Shown: positions 25,601 through 35,984 of the stretch, in pieces
Position numbering within the stretch: position 1 is the first letter of the stretch
Layout: each line of letters begins with the position of its first letter
Assembly (NCBI RefSeq): GCF_030144855.1
Contig: NC_082712.1
Location: 13,144,001-13,208,000, forward strand
Length of the DNA: 64,000 bases
Source of the DNA: Hypanus sabinus
Lineage: Eukaryota
Direction of reading: 5' to 3'
Made by a program: the position numbers and the translations under genes
Notes under the pieces: model-generated
Database searches by the model: none
Seen by the model: the letters and a program-made list of their open reading frames with translations, nothing else
Told to the model about the DNA's origin: nothing

Positions 25601-27030
25601 CTGTTCCTACACTCTGGTTCCCCTCCCGCCTCATATCTAGTTTTAATCCACTGGAGCCTCTCTCACAAACCTACCTGCAAGAATATTTGTTACCCTCCAG
25701 TTCAGATGTAAACCATCCTGCTGGAACAGGTTCCACCTTCTCTGGAAGACTTCCCAATATCTATAAATCTGAAGCCCTCCCTCTTGCACCATGTCTTCAG
25801 CCGCATGTTGATCTGCGCTATCTTACTATTTCTAAACCCGCCTGCACGTGGCACTGGTAGGAATCCTGAGATTGCTATCCTGGAGGTCCTGTCCTTTAAC
25901 TTGGTGCCTAACCCCCTTGTCACGTAGCCCGTGATGGGTTAAAGAACCAGCAGAAATAGGAAACACCGTGGTCTGGTACTGCTACAAACCAAAGCTATTT
26001 ATTAGTAACTACACAATACAGAGATATAAATGCAGATATATCAAACGGGTTAACAATGATTATATATTTTATATTATATTTATATTATATTATATTATAT
26101 TATATTTTTATCACAGCTTTTCTGCACTGCGAGAGTCACTGATCAATTTCCCCGAATCGATCCTCCAAAAACCCACCTTGCTGTGGGCACAACAAGCTCA
26201 TCCAGTGTCCAAAACTGTGTGTGTCCGAGTCCAGCAGCTGACCTGGTATTTAATTCAGCAGGCCGAACACCAGCTGTCCATCAAACTGCTCTGCCCTTCT
26301 CTCTCTGTCAGAACGTACAAGCAGCCACTGTCCTTGTGGAAATGAAAACAAACTGCCGAGAAACCATAACATCAATCTTCCGAGCACTCTTCACTTCTCT
26401 CTCTCTTAATAAAAAGGTCTCTGCATTGGACACCTCCCTCTATCTCTTTCTTTTTAAGAGCATAGTTCATAGGGTCAATTCAGGACCCAGTCACACCCTA
26501 AAGTCACCTTTCAGGACGTCCTCACTCTTCCTATCCACATCATTGGTCCCTACATGGACCACAACATCCAGCTGCTCACCCTCCCTCTTGAGAATACTGA
26601 GAACTCATTCCGAGATATCGCGGACCTTGGCACTCGGGAGGCAACAGACCATCCAGGATTCTCAATCTCTCCCACAGAACCTCTTATCTGTCCCCCTAAT
26701 TATCAAATCCCCTATCACTGCAGCTCTCCTCTTTTCTCTCCTTGCCTTCTGAGCTGAGGGTCCAGTCTCGGTGCCAGAGATGCAACCACTGCAACTTGTC
26801 CCTGGTCGGTCATCCCCACCATTTGTATCCAAAATGGTACACTTATTATTGAGGGGAACAGCCACAGGGGTGCTCTGCTCATTCTGTCTAACCTTCCCTC
26901 TCCTGACAGTCACCCAGCTACCTGTCTCCTGACTCTTAGGGGTGACGATCTCCCTGTAACTCCTGTTTACTTCTGCCTCTGCCTCCCAAATGATCCGAAG
27001 TTCATTCAGCTCCAGCTCCAGTTCCCTAAT
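22684..27030 (-). mobile_element. Near full-length degenerate CR1 LINE (ORF1 esterase-type plus ORF2 EN-RT)
   Basis: Tail accatataaccatataac; RT YMDFSKAFDKIPH, PQG-like site, KYADDTKIGG; EN KCIYFNARSI, GVYYRPPN; ORF1 VIGDLIIRGTD and ISGFLPVPRA. Confidence 0.9.
25918..26495. mobile_element. Solo LTR inserted in CR1 ORF1
   Basis: TGTCAC...GTCACA ends with a 4-bp TSD ccct (25914-25917 and 26496-26499); internal (TATAT)n tract. Confidence 0.75.
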
Positions 27031-27287
27031 CTTTCTACTGATTTGATGCCATTCTTTACCAGTAGAGTCACACCACCCCCTCTGCCTACCTTCATATCCC
27101 TCTGACACAACATGTAACTTTGGACATTCAGCTTCCAACTACAATCATCATTCAGTCATGATTCAGTGATAGACACAACATCAAACCTGACAATCTGTAA
27201 TTGTGCAACAAGATCATCCACCTCATTTCTTATTCTCAGTACATTGTGATATAACACTTTGAGTACTGTATTTGCTTTTCAGACAGG

Positions 27288-27662
27288 TGGGGCTCATCAG
27301 CCTTGGACGGCAGCCTGCCGAGGACAAGGAAAACTCTGATTTTAGGCCTTCATTACTTGTGGCCGTACCCATCTATGGGAAAGGCTTCGGGAGTAAACCC
27401 TGAGGAAGAAATCCGTAGCCGGGGTCCTTAAAGCAGTTTGATGTTGTTTACAACTTCACTCTGGCAACCCCAGCGATGACACTGGTGCCAACCTGTATCG
27501 GTGTTTGCCCTTCCCTTGGACTCCATCAGTGACGTGGAGATGGGGAACCCGCTGCATTGGCAACAGCTGATTCTTCAAATCTTCCCACCCAGGCTTACAC
27601 CCTGGAGAAGACACAGTCCACCAGAGGCACAGACCCATGATCCCCTGGGATTGACGGCTGCC
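27288..27662 (+). mobile_element. Interspersed repeat, probably the 5' region of an RTE-clade LINE
   Basis: Shares ggggct-tcagcc-tgg-ggcagc...ggaaaactctgat and ggaaggcttcgggagtaaaccc with the reverse complement of 28885-29570. Family assignment is an inference. Confidence 0.45.
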
Positions 27663-27776
27663 TACTGTATTTGCTACCCTTTTTGATTCTGCACCCCTAA
27701 TGCACTGACACTCACCCTGATGGCTGCCTGCCCTTCCTGACAATCTGACTGCATGCAATCTTTGCTTTTTTACCAT

Positions 27777-27972
27777 TGTGGTAAACTATGTGTATACCTG
27801 TCTGGACACGCCCCTCTGCTGACTGCTCCTGTGGCTCCTCCCACAGACCCTTGTATAAAGGATATTGGAGGCACTGCTCCTCCCTCAGTCTCCGAGATGT
27901 CGTGGTCATGTTTTCAGCTAATAAAAGCCTATCTTTTGCCTCCCGTCTCCGAGAGTTATTGATGTTGCATCA
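27777..27972 (+). mobile_element. Short solo LTR (196 bp)
   Basis: TGTGG...CATCA ends, TATAAA and AATAAA inside, 5-bp TSD accat. Confidence 0.85.
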
Positions 27973-27974
27973 AC

Positions 27975-28495
27975 CATCCATCCTATCCTGAGTCCCTGAA
28001 CTCCAGTTCCTATCCCCCTGCCAAATTAGTTTAAACTCTCCCCTACAACTCTAACAAACATGCCCGTGAGAATATTGATTTCCCTTGAGTTCAGGTGAAA
28101 CCCGTCACTTTTGAACAGTGTCATACCTCCCCCAGAAGAGATCCCAATAATCCAAAACCAAAGCCCTGCCCCCTGCCCCAGCTTCTCAGCCACACATTGA
28201 TCTACCAAATCATCCTGTTTCTACCATCACTGCCGCGTGGCACAGGCAGCAATCCAGAGATTACTACCCTGGAGGTCCTGCTTCTCAGCTTTCTACCGAG
28301 CTGTCTAAATTCTCTCTTTGCTTTTCTTTCCGATGTCATTGGTACCAATATGTATCAAAATGTCTGGCTGCTCTCCCTCCCTCTACATAAAGCTGAGGAC
28401 GTGATCCGTGATGCCCCTGACTCTGGCACCTGGGAGGCAACATAGCATCTGGGTGTCCTGTTCACATCCACAGAATCTTCTGTTTGTTCCTCTGA
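27975..28495 (-). mobile_element. CR1 ORF1 (esterase) fragment
   Basis: ...DGFHLNSREINIL; VVISGLLPVPR-like on the minus strand. Confidence 0.75.
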
Positions 28496-28499
28496 ATAT

Positions 28500-28882
28500 C
28501 GGAAGCAGTTTTGGGCCCCTTATCTTAGAAAGGATGTGCTGAAACTGGAGAGGGTTCAAAGGAGGCTCACGAAAATGATTCCAGGATTGAATGGCTTGTC
28601 ACATTCAGAGTGGTTGATGTCTCTGGGCCTGTATTCACCAGAATTCATTAGAATGAGGAGTGACCTCATTGAAACCTATCGAATGGTGAAAGGCCTCGAT
28701 AGAGTAGATGTGGAGAGGATGTTTCCTATGGTGGGGAGTCTAAGACCAGAGGACACAGCCTCAGAATAGAGGGGCATCCTTTTAGAACAGAGATGAGGAG
28801 GAAATTCTTTAGCCAGAGAGTGGTGAATCTCTAGAGTTTGTTGCCGTAGGCAGCTATGGAGGCCTAGTCATTATGTATATTT
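28500..28882 (+). mobile_element. CR1 RT C-terminal fragment
   Basis: LERVQRRLTKMIPGL...RSDLIETY. Confidence 0.8.
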
Positions 28883-28884
28883 AA

Positions 28885-29570
28885 GAGGGGTGTCGTTCCC
28901 CCTCTCCAAGCATCTGATGAACCCAAAGGAATGGCAGAGACTGGTACAGTTTGGCACCAGTTGCATCGAGGAGTTGCCAGTCAGTGTTGAACTTAATGTA
29001 GATCTGCCTGATGGACTCCAGCTCCAGAATTTCATCTTGGGGGTTTACTCCCGAAGCCTTCCTCATGAGTGAGTACAGTCACAAAGGGTGTGATGCACCA
29101 TCAATAACTCACACTGAGACGAAAGGCGAGATATCGGCTTTTATTGACTGGAAGAAGGAACCAGGAGTGAGTGTCCATCATACCATGTCCTGGAGACTGA
29201 GGCCGAGCGAAAGGCCTCAGATCGCCTTTATACAGGGGCCTGTGGGAGGAGCCACAGGAGCAGTCAGCAGGGGGCGTGTCCAGACAGGCACATAGTTCAC
29301 CACAGGGTGGAGATTTGAGATCAGAGTTTTCCCTCTCCTAGATGAGCTGCCAACCACGGCTGACAAGCCCCATCTGCCCAAAGCAACTGGTTTTAAAGTG
29401 TCAGTAACCCACATATGCCCCTTCACCTGTCATTAGAAACGGTTCCTCTGGGTTTAGTAGCTGAGCCACACGTGATGGCCAGGAGCTGGACTTCGTTGTC
29501 AGAGGCCATTTGAGGCACACGCCATTGGGAGCATTTAATAGGTAGTGGGAGCTTGTCCGTATTACCACTC
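28885..29570 (-). mobile_element. Second copy of the RTE-like repeat, split by a solo LTR
   Basis: Reverse complement similarity to 27288-27662 on both sides of 29091-29304. Confidence 0.5.
29091..29304 (-). mobile_element. Short solo LTR (214 bp), same family as 27777-27972
   Basis: Minus strand tgtggtgaactatgtg...ggtgcatca; 5-bp TSD gggtg. Confidence 0.85.
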
Positions 29571-29574
29571 TCAG

Positions 29575-30085
29575 CTATAACAACAGTAACCCTTTACAAC
29601 GGGTAGTCAAAACTGCCCAACGCATTGCTGGCAGCAGCCTACCCAGCATCAAACTCATATATACACAGAAATGTGCCAATAAAGACCAGGTAACACCATG
29701 AATGATCTCACACCCACCCACCCCTCGCTCATGGACTGTTTGTCCCACTCCCATCAGCACCACACTGGGACCACCAGACTCTAAAACAGTTACTTTCCCC
29801 AAGCAGCAAGTCTGATCAACCCCTCCCCTCTCCACACCCCCACCACCACCTCTTCATTATTTCCTGACATCTCCTTATGTACACACACTCCTATGCCTCG
29901 TGTCACTTTATGGACACACAACCGATCTGTGTATAGAAACTATCTTATGCGTTTATACTTATTTTGTGTATTTTTTGTATTATTGTGTTCTTTATCTCAG
30001 TGTTTTTTCGTGTTGCTTCGAACCCAGTGTGACAGTTATTTCATTCTCCTTTACACTTGTCTACTGGAAATGATATGAAACAATT
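29575..30085 (+). mobile_element. Rex1-type LINE 3' end
   Basis: LQRVVKTAQRIAGSSLPSI-type sequence plus T-rich 3' UTR. Confidence 0.65.
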
Positions 30086-30935
30086 TGAATGTTGAATGTT
30101 GAATCCGGGGTTCCTGCGGTGCATTTTGTTTCCAGCATCTGCAGTCTCCTGTGCCCCCATGATGATGGTCACACTGCCTTCGGTGAAACCCCGGACACTA
30201 ACTCCGCCTGTGTCCAGTTATCTGCAGGACCTCTTCCTCCTGGTCAGTTCTCCCCCTCCAGTCCCTTGCTTTATGGTTTCTTTCCCATTGACCTCACCCA
30301 CTAATTTCAATTGCCAGATCCATGTATCTTATCCATGTTCACTCTAGGAATTGGACTGTAAGGTCAGAAGATATAGGAGCAGAATTAGGCCATTCGGTCC
30401 ATTGAGTCTGTTCCCCCATTCCATTATGTCTGATTTAGTTTCCCCCTCAACCCCATGTTCCTGCCCTCTCTCTGTAACCTTTGATACACTTCCTAATGAA
30501 GAAACTATCAGACTCCGTTTCAAATATACGCAGTGACTTGGCTTCCCACAGTCGTCTGTGGCAATGAATTTCACAGAATCACGACTGTCTGGCTGAAGAA
30601 TGTCTGATACCAGAGGGTGTGTGATTCAGCTGGGAGGGGGTAAGTTCAAAGGGGGTGTGGGGACAAATTTATCTTTACAGAGAGAGTGGTGGGTGTGCAG
30701 AACACACTGCCGGGGTTGGGGGGGGGGAGACAGATTCCGTAGAGGCGTTTAAGAGACTCTTGGACTGATGCATGAATTGTGGTTTGGGATATAGACTTTG
30801 TGTAGCAGAAGCAGTTAGTTTAGTTAAGCATTCAATTACGAGTTTAAGTAGTTTGTGGACCGAAATGTCTTTTCCCGTGCTATCCTGTTCTATGACTTTC
30901 TATCCAGCCTCCTGCAGAATTCTCTGGAAATTCTA

Positions 30936-31000
30936 CAGTTCCGTGCAAAAGTCTTAGACACCTATATATAGCTGGGGTGCCAAAGACTTCTGCAGTTCTG
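30936..31000. mobile_element. Tiny Tc1/mariner-like hairpin element (65 bp)
   Basis: TA|cagttccgtgcaaaagtcttagacac...gtgccaaagacttctgcagttctg|TA; related copies at 31840-31909 and ~63119-63166. Confidence 0.6.
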
Positions 31001-31839
31001 TATTTGTCAACGTGGAGCGGAGAGAGAGTTTGTAAATCTGGTGGAAGCAAAAGCTGTTGGGAATGGTGAGGATGAAGTGTGGGACGGGGGCAGAGAAGGA
31101 GTGCTGGGGCAAGGGATGGTGTGGGTGCAGACACCCCCAGACCTGAGACGCCAAGATCATCTGATTCCAAACAACTGTTTTACCGATCACTACACGATGT
31201 CTCTCTGGTGTTTCCCGCTCCCTTCCCCTTTTCCCAGCCATGATTGCCCCCTCCCTGTCCCCTTTCCCACTATCAGTCCACAATCGAGTCCCCTATCAGC
31301 ATCAGGTTTATCATCACTCACAAATGCCATAGAACAGAGAACATTGAAGAGTACAGTGAAGGAACAGGCCATTCGGCCCATAATGTTCACTGAACCAACT
31401 AAAAAGTAAATCAACCCCCCACCACCATCTCTCCACCTTCCTCACACCCATGCGCCTATCCAAACGTCTCTTAAAAGCCTCCAATGTATTTGCCTTCACC
31501 ACCCTACCAGGGGGGGCATTCCAGGCATCCATCACACTCGGAGTAAAAAACTTACCCCTTACGGCCCCCTTGAGCCTACCCCCCTTTCACCTTCAATGCC
31601 CTCTGGTATTGGACATTTCAACCCTCATCTTAACCCTAATGTCGGCAGATCAAGCAGCATCTAGTGACAAGAGCCCAGAGTCAAAGTTTCGAGCCGAGAC
31701 CCTTCTTCAGGATCAAAATGAAAGGGTCTCAGCCTGAACCATCGACTGTTCACTCCCCTCCTGCCCGACCTGCTGAGTGCCTCCAGCATTTTGTGTGTGT
31801 TGCTCTGGACTTGCAGAATCTGGTGTTTGCAAATTACTG

Positions 31840-31909
31840 CAGGACTGTGCAAAAGTCTTTGGCACCAAGCTATATATATGTAAGTGCCTAAGACTTTTCC
31901 ACAGCATCG
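31840..31909. mobile_element. Tiny Tc1/mariner-like hairpin element
   Basis: ctgtgcaaaagtctttggcac...gtgcctaagacttttccacag inverted repeat. Confidence 0.6.
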
Positions 31910-31987
31910 TACTTGCATAAAATTTGCTTCCAGTAAATGCGAAGAGTTTGTAACTACCGTCATGAGAAAGTGCACTGTGTTTGAAAT

Positions 31988-32047
31988 GACTTCCTGCCAG
32001 CTACTAACTTCGACAGTTCCAGAGAATTTTTTTTTGAGGAAGTGAAG
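31988..32047 (+). promoter_or_regulatory. Candidate proximal promoter motifs (Ets and PU.1/IRF-like)
   Basis: gacttcctg (31988, reverse GGAAG core) and gaggaagtgaag (32036) in non-repeat DNA ~90-145 bp upstream of the leader ATG. Motif match only. Confidence 0.4.
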
Positions 32048-32132
32048 CAGCAAATCGAGCAGCTTCTGTATTTCAGCGAGAGAATGAAGAAAGAACTGAA
32101 GTGTGAGAGGACTCCACACTGAAGCGCTGGAA

Positions 32133-32193
32133 ATGCTCTCTCTCCGGGTTTGTCTCTGCACCGTCCTGTTGTCCGTCTCAGTGCGGGGATACA
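32133..32193 (+). CDS. SIGLEC15: Siglec-15-like gene, exon 1 (signal peptide)
   Basis: MLSLRVCLCTVLLSVSVRGY then a phase-1 donor A|GTAGGT, in phase with the V exon at 44353. Too short for the ORF track. Symbol reflects family similarity; it may be a paralog. Confidence 0.65.
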
Positions 32194-32456
32194 GTAGGTG
32201 TTTTCCATTGTCCCCTGTCTCCCCGTTGTCTCTCTCCTAAAGGCTCGTTTTACTTTGTGGCGCAGCGCGATCTATTTGGACGTTGGTTCTGCCAGTGGAG
32301 GGTTGGCGTTGGGACCCTGTCCTTCCCTGAGTGCTGGGCTGGACTGCCTTCCGGTGACGATGAACCCCAGTACTATTGGGAAGAGACGTCCAAGTTTGAT
32401 CCCAGTTAAAGGCCGGGCACAATTCCAAGCCTGGGTGGTGATGAATTTGGAGCGAA

Positions 32457-32535
32457 GCTGTAGTGTGGTGGTTAGCGTGATGCTTTACATTCCCTGTGAC
32501 CCAGGTTCAATTCTCGCCGCTGTCTGTACGTTCTT
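32457..32535 (+). mobile_element. tRNA-derived SINE head
   Basis: A-box tagtgtggtgg and B-box ggttcaattc without a cloverleaf closure. Confidence 0.55.
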
Positions 32536-32619
32536 CAGTTCTCAATGCTATTTGCTTATTTTTATTGTTTTCACGATCTTTCCCCTTTGCACATTGGCTG
32601 TACGACGGCCTTCAGAATC

Positions 32620-33660
32620 AGAATCAAGCTTAATATCACCGACATATGTTGTGAAACTTGTTGACTTTGTGGCGGCAGTACGATGCAATACCTAATAACA
32701 GAGAAAAACTGAATCACAGTAAGTGTATATATGTGTATAAAGTAGTTAAATAATAGCACCAAAACAGAAATAAAAAAGTAATGAGGTAGTATTCAGGGTT
32801 CATTGTTCATTCAGAAATCGGATGGCAGAGGGAAGAAGCTGTTCCTGAATCGCTGAGTGTGTGTCTTCAGGCTCCTGTACCTCCTACCTGGTGGTAGCAA
32901 TGAGAACAGGGCATGTCCTGGGTGATGGGGGTCCTTAATGATGGATGCTGCCTTTCTGAGGCACCACTCCTCGAAGATGTGTTGGAAACTACGGAGGCTC
33001 GAGCCCACGATGGCGCCGAGTAATTTTACAGCTCTCTGCAGATTCCTTCCATCTTAAGCTGTAGTTCCCCACCCCCCATCCCCCATTCCAGGCGGTGATG
33101 CAGCCAGTCAGAATGCTCCCCACCGTACGTCTGTAGAGATGGGCGAGTCTTTTACGTGACATACCAAATCTCCTCAAACTCCTGGTGAAATATAACCGCT
33201 GTCGTACCTTCTTTGTAATCACATCGACATGTTGGGACCAGGTTCAGTCCTCCGATGTTTTGAAACACCCTGGAATTTGAAACTGCTCACTCTCTCCACT
33301 TCTGATCCCTTGATGAGGATTGGTTTGTGTTTTCTCGTCTTACCCTTCTGAAGTCCACGGTCAGCTCTTTGGTCTTACTGACGTTGAGTGCAAGGTTGTT
33401 GCTGCGACACCACTCCACTAATCGGCATATCTCACTCCTGTACGCCCTCTCATCACTACCCGAGATTCTACCAACAATGGTGGTATTGTCAGCAAATTTA
33501 TAGATGGTGTTTGAGCCAGACAGTCATGGGTGTAGAGAGACTTGAGCAGTGGCTAAGCACACATCCTTGAGGTGCACCAGTGTTGATTGTCAGTGAGCTG
33601 GAGATGTTATTAGCAATCTGCACAGATTGTGACATTCCAGTTAGGAATTCGAGGATCCAG
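32620..33660 (-). mobile_element. Rex1-type LINE 3' portion
   Basis: KKVRQRLYFTRSLRRFGMS; KAASIIKDPHHPGHALFSLLP; agaatcagaatc tail. Confidence 0.8.
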
Positions 33661-33834
33661 TTGAAGAGGGAAGTACTGAGGCCCAGTTTCTGTAACTAAT
33701 CAATCAGGACTGTAGTAATGATGGGTTCTTTTGGGTTTCTTTGTTCTGTGGCTGCCTGTAAGGAGAGAAATCACAAGGTTGTATAATCTATATATACATT
33801 GAACTCTGAACTCTGAACTCCCTGTGACATCATG

Positions 33835-33960
33835 GGTTTCCTCCAGGTGCTCTGGTTTTCTCCCACAATCTACTGGTTGGTGGGTTAACTGGTCATTGTG
33901 AATTGTCCCGTGATTAGGCTCGGGTTGTTGGGCATCACGGCTCAAAAGGCCGGAGGGGGC
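33835..33960 (+). mobile_element. V-SINE (HE1-like) fragment
   Basis: gggtttcctccaggtgctctggttttctcccaca...ggtcattgtgaattgtcccgtgattaggct central domain; other copies at ~17100, ~57390-57500 and ~58690-58850. Confidence 0.6.
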
Positions 33961-35984
33961 CTATTCTGTATTGTGTCTCAGTAAATGAATATACTTGGGA
34001 GGGGAGCCTGCGGGTGGTGGTGTTCACATCCACCCGATACCCTGATGTGGAGAGGTGGTTGCTGCTGGAATAGCAGGGCGAGTAACTGCGTTGCGTGTTG
34101 TAGACGGCGCACACCGCGGCCACTGTGCGCTGGCGGTGGAAGGAGGGAGTACTGACTGGGTGCTCAAGTGGTCACTGTTGTCCTGGGTTGTGTGATGTTG
34201 TAGTTGTACAAGATGTTGGTGAAGACATACTGAGTACAGAGTTGGGATATTATATTGAAGTTGAGAAGAATAACATAATAATTTATAATACTAAAGAACA
34301 CAATAAGTATTAGTACATTAGACAGCTTATTTATGTGGATTGATTGTATATACATAAAGTTCCATATGAACAACAACTTTATCATTTCCTGTCAGTCACC
34401 TGAAGTACAGACACTCCTGAGCCTGGAGTCACTTTATGGACATAAAGTCTATCTGTCAATCTATATATCAGTCTATGTATAGAAACTATCATATGTACAG
34501 TGTTTATATTTATTGTGTTATTATTATTGTGCTCTTTACTTTATTATATTTTTGTGCTGCATTGGATCCAGAGTAACAATGCTTTTTTTCTGCTTCACAC
34601 TTGTGGCCATCTATTGAACACCAAAAGGACGCAGAGAACACTGGACGGTCCAGCACAGTACAGACCCTTCAGCACTCAATGTTGCTCCAATCTTTTATCC
34701 TGCCCCAAGATCAATCTAACCCTTCCCTCCCACCTAACCCTCCATTTCTCTTCCATCAGTGTGTCTATCTAAGTGTCCCTAATGTCTCAGCCTCTACGAC
34801 CACCAGGACGTTCCGCACACCCACCACTCTCTGTCGAAAACTTACTCCCTATACTTTCACCAGTCACCTTAAAATTAGACCCTCTCATATTAGCCAGTTC
34901 TGCTCTGGGTATGTAAGTAACTCTGTCTTGTTGGACATGGTCATAGTTTGACCCCCATCTCAACCTCCCAATGAAGCCGTGTTGTTGATAGAGTCATTCC
35001 AGTCTCACCACCTTCTGAGTTCCTCTTAAAATTTTCACCTTACACCCTCTACCCGTGACTTCTGTTTGTCGTCCCACCCATCCTCAGTGGAAAAAGCCTG
35101 CTTGCATTTACCCTATCTGTAAAGGATGCAAGAACTGCATTAGGATCTCAGCTTGAAATGTTGACAGTTTATTCCTCTCCATTGGTGCTGCCTGATTTGC
35201 CGAGTTCCTCCAGAATTTTGAGATTTCCAGCTTTTGTTTATTGCTTGCCAGAAGCTTTACAAGTTCAATAATCTACCTGACAATAATGGACATTTTGATC
35301 GAGTGCTCTATTGGATTGCTGTTTGCAAAACTGTCACAGGTTCCACTGAAGTGCATTGAAGCGAGAGGTTTTACTGCTTGATGGCATTGAGCACTGGTTG
35401 TAGCCCTTTTAAAAGGCCATTCTGCCCATTGACCTCAGGCTGGCTCCATGCAAAAGCACAAACAGAAAAGATTTGGCAGATGCTGGAAATCCAGAGCCAC
35501 ATAAAATGCTGGAGAAACAGCAGGTCAGGCAGAATCTATGGAGGGGAATAAACTGTTGAGGTTTTGAGACAAGACCTTTCATCAAATTCCATACAGGCAA
35601 CTGTGGGAATTGAACCCAGGTTGCTGGTTCTGTAACAGCATAACTGTAACCACTGTACACTGTAACCACTGTAGCAACTCGCAATTTTAGAAGGATTTAT
35701 TATCCTTCTTCACCCCATTTTCCTGCCTTCTCCACATAACCTTTGATGCCTTTAGAAGTCAAAAACCTATCAACCTCTGCATTAAGTACACCCAATGACG
35801 GTCTCCACAAACTTCTGTGGCAATAAATTCCACAGATTCAACCCCTTCTGGCTAAAGACATCCCTCTTCATCTCCATTCTAAAGGTACGTCCCTCTAAGC
35901 TGAAGCTGTGCCCTATGGAGTAACACACAGGAAATGCTGGAGGAATTCAGCAGATCAGGCATCAACTACTGAGAGGAATGTACA

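Larger units (their letters stand above)
19283..27270 (-). mobile_element. CR1 LINE (outer element) in three pieces: 19283-21140, 22000-22680, 27030-27270
   Basis: 3' tail agaccataagac at 19290; RT YLDFQKAFDKV; EN pieces VMGDFN and LKVLYHNVLRIRNEVDDL lie on either side of a nested CR1. Confidence 0.75.

Noticed and set aside
26183-26752. 189-aa plus-strand ORF
   Set aside because: It crosses the solo-LTR/CR1 junction, antisense to CR1 ORF1; a chance ORF.
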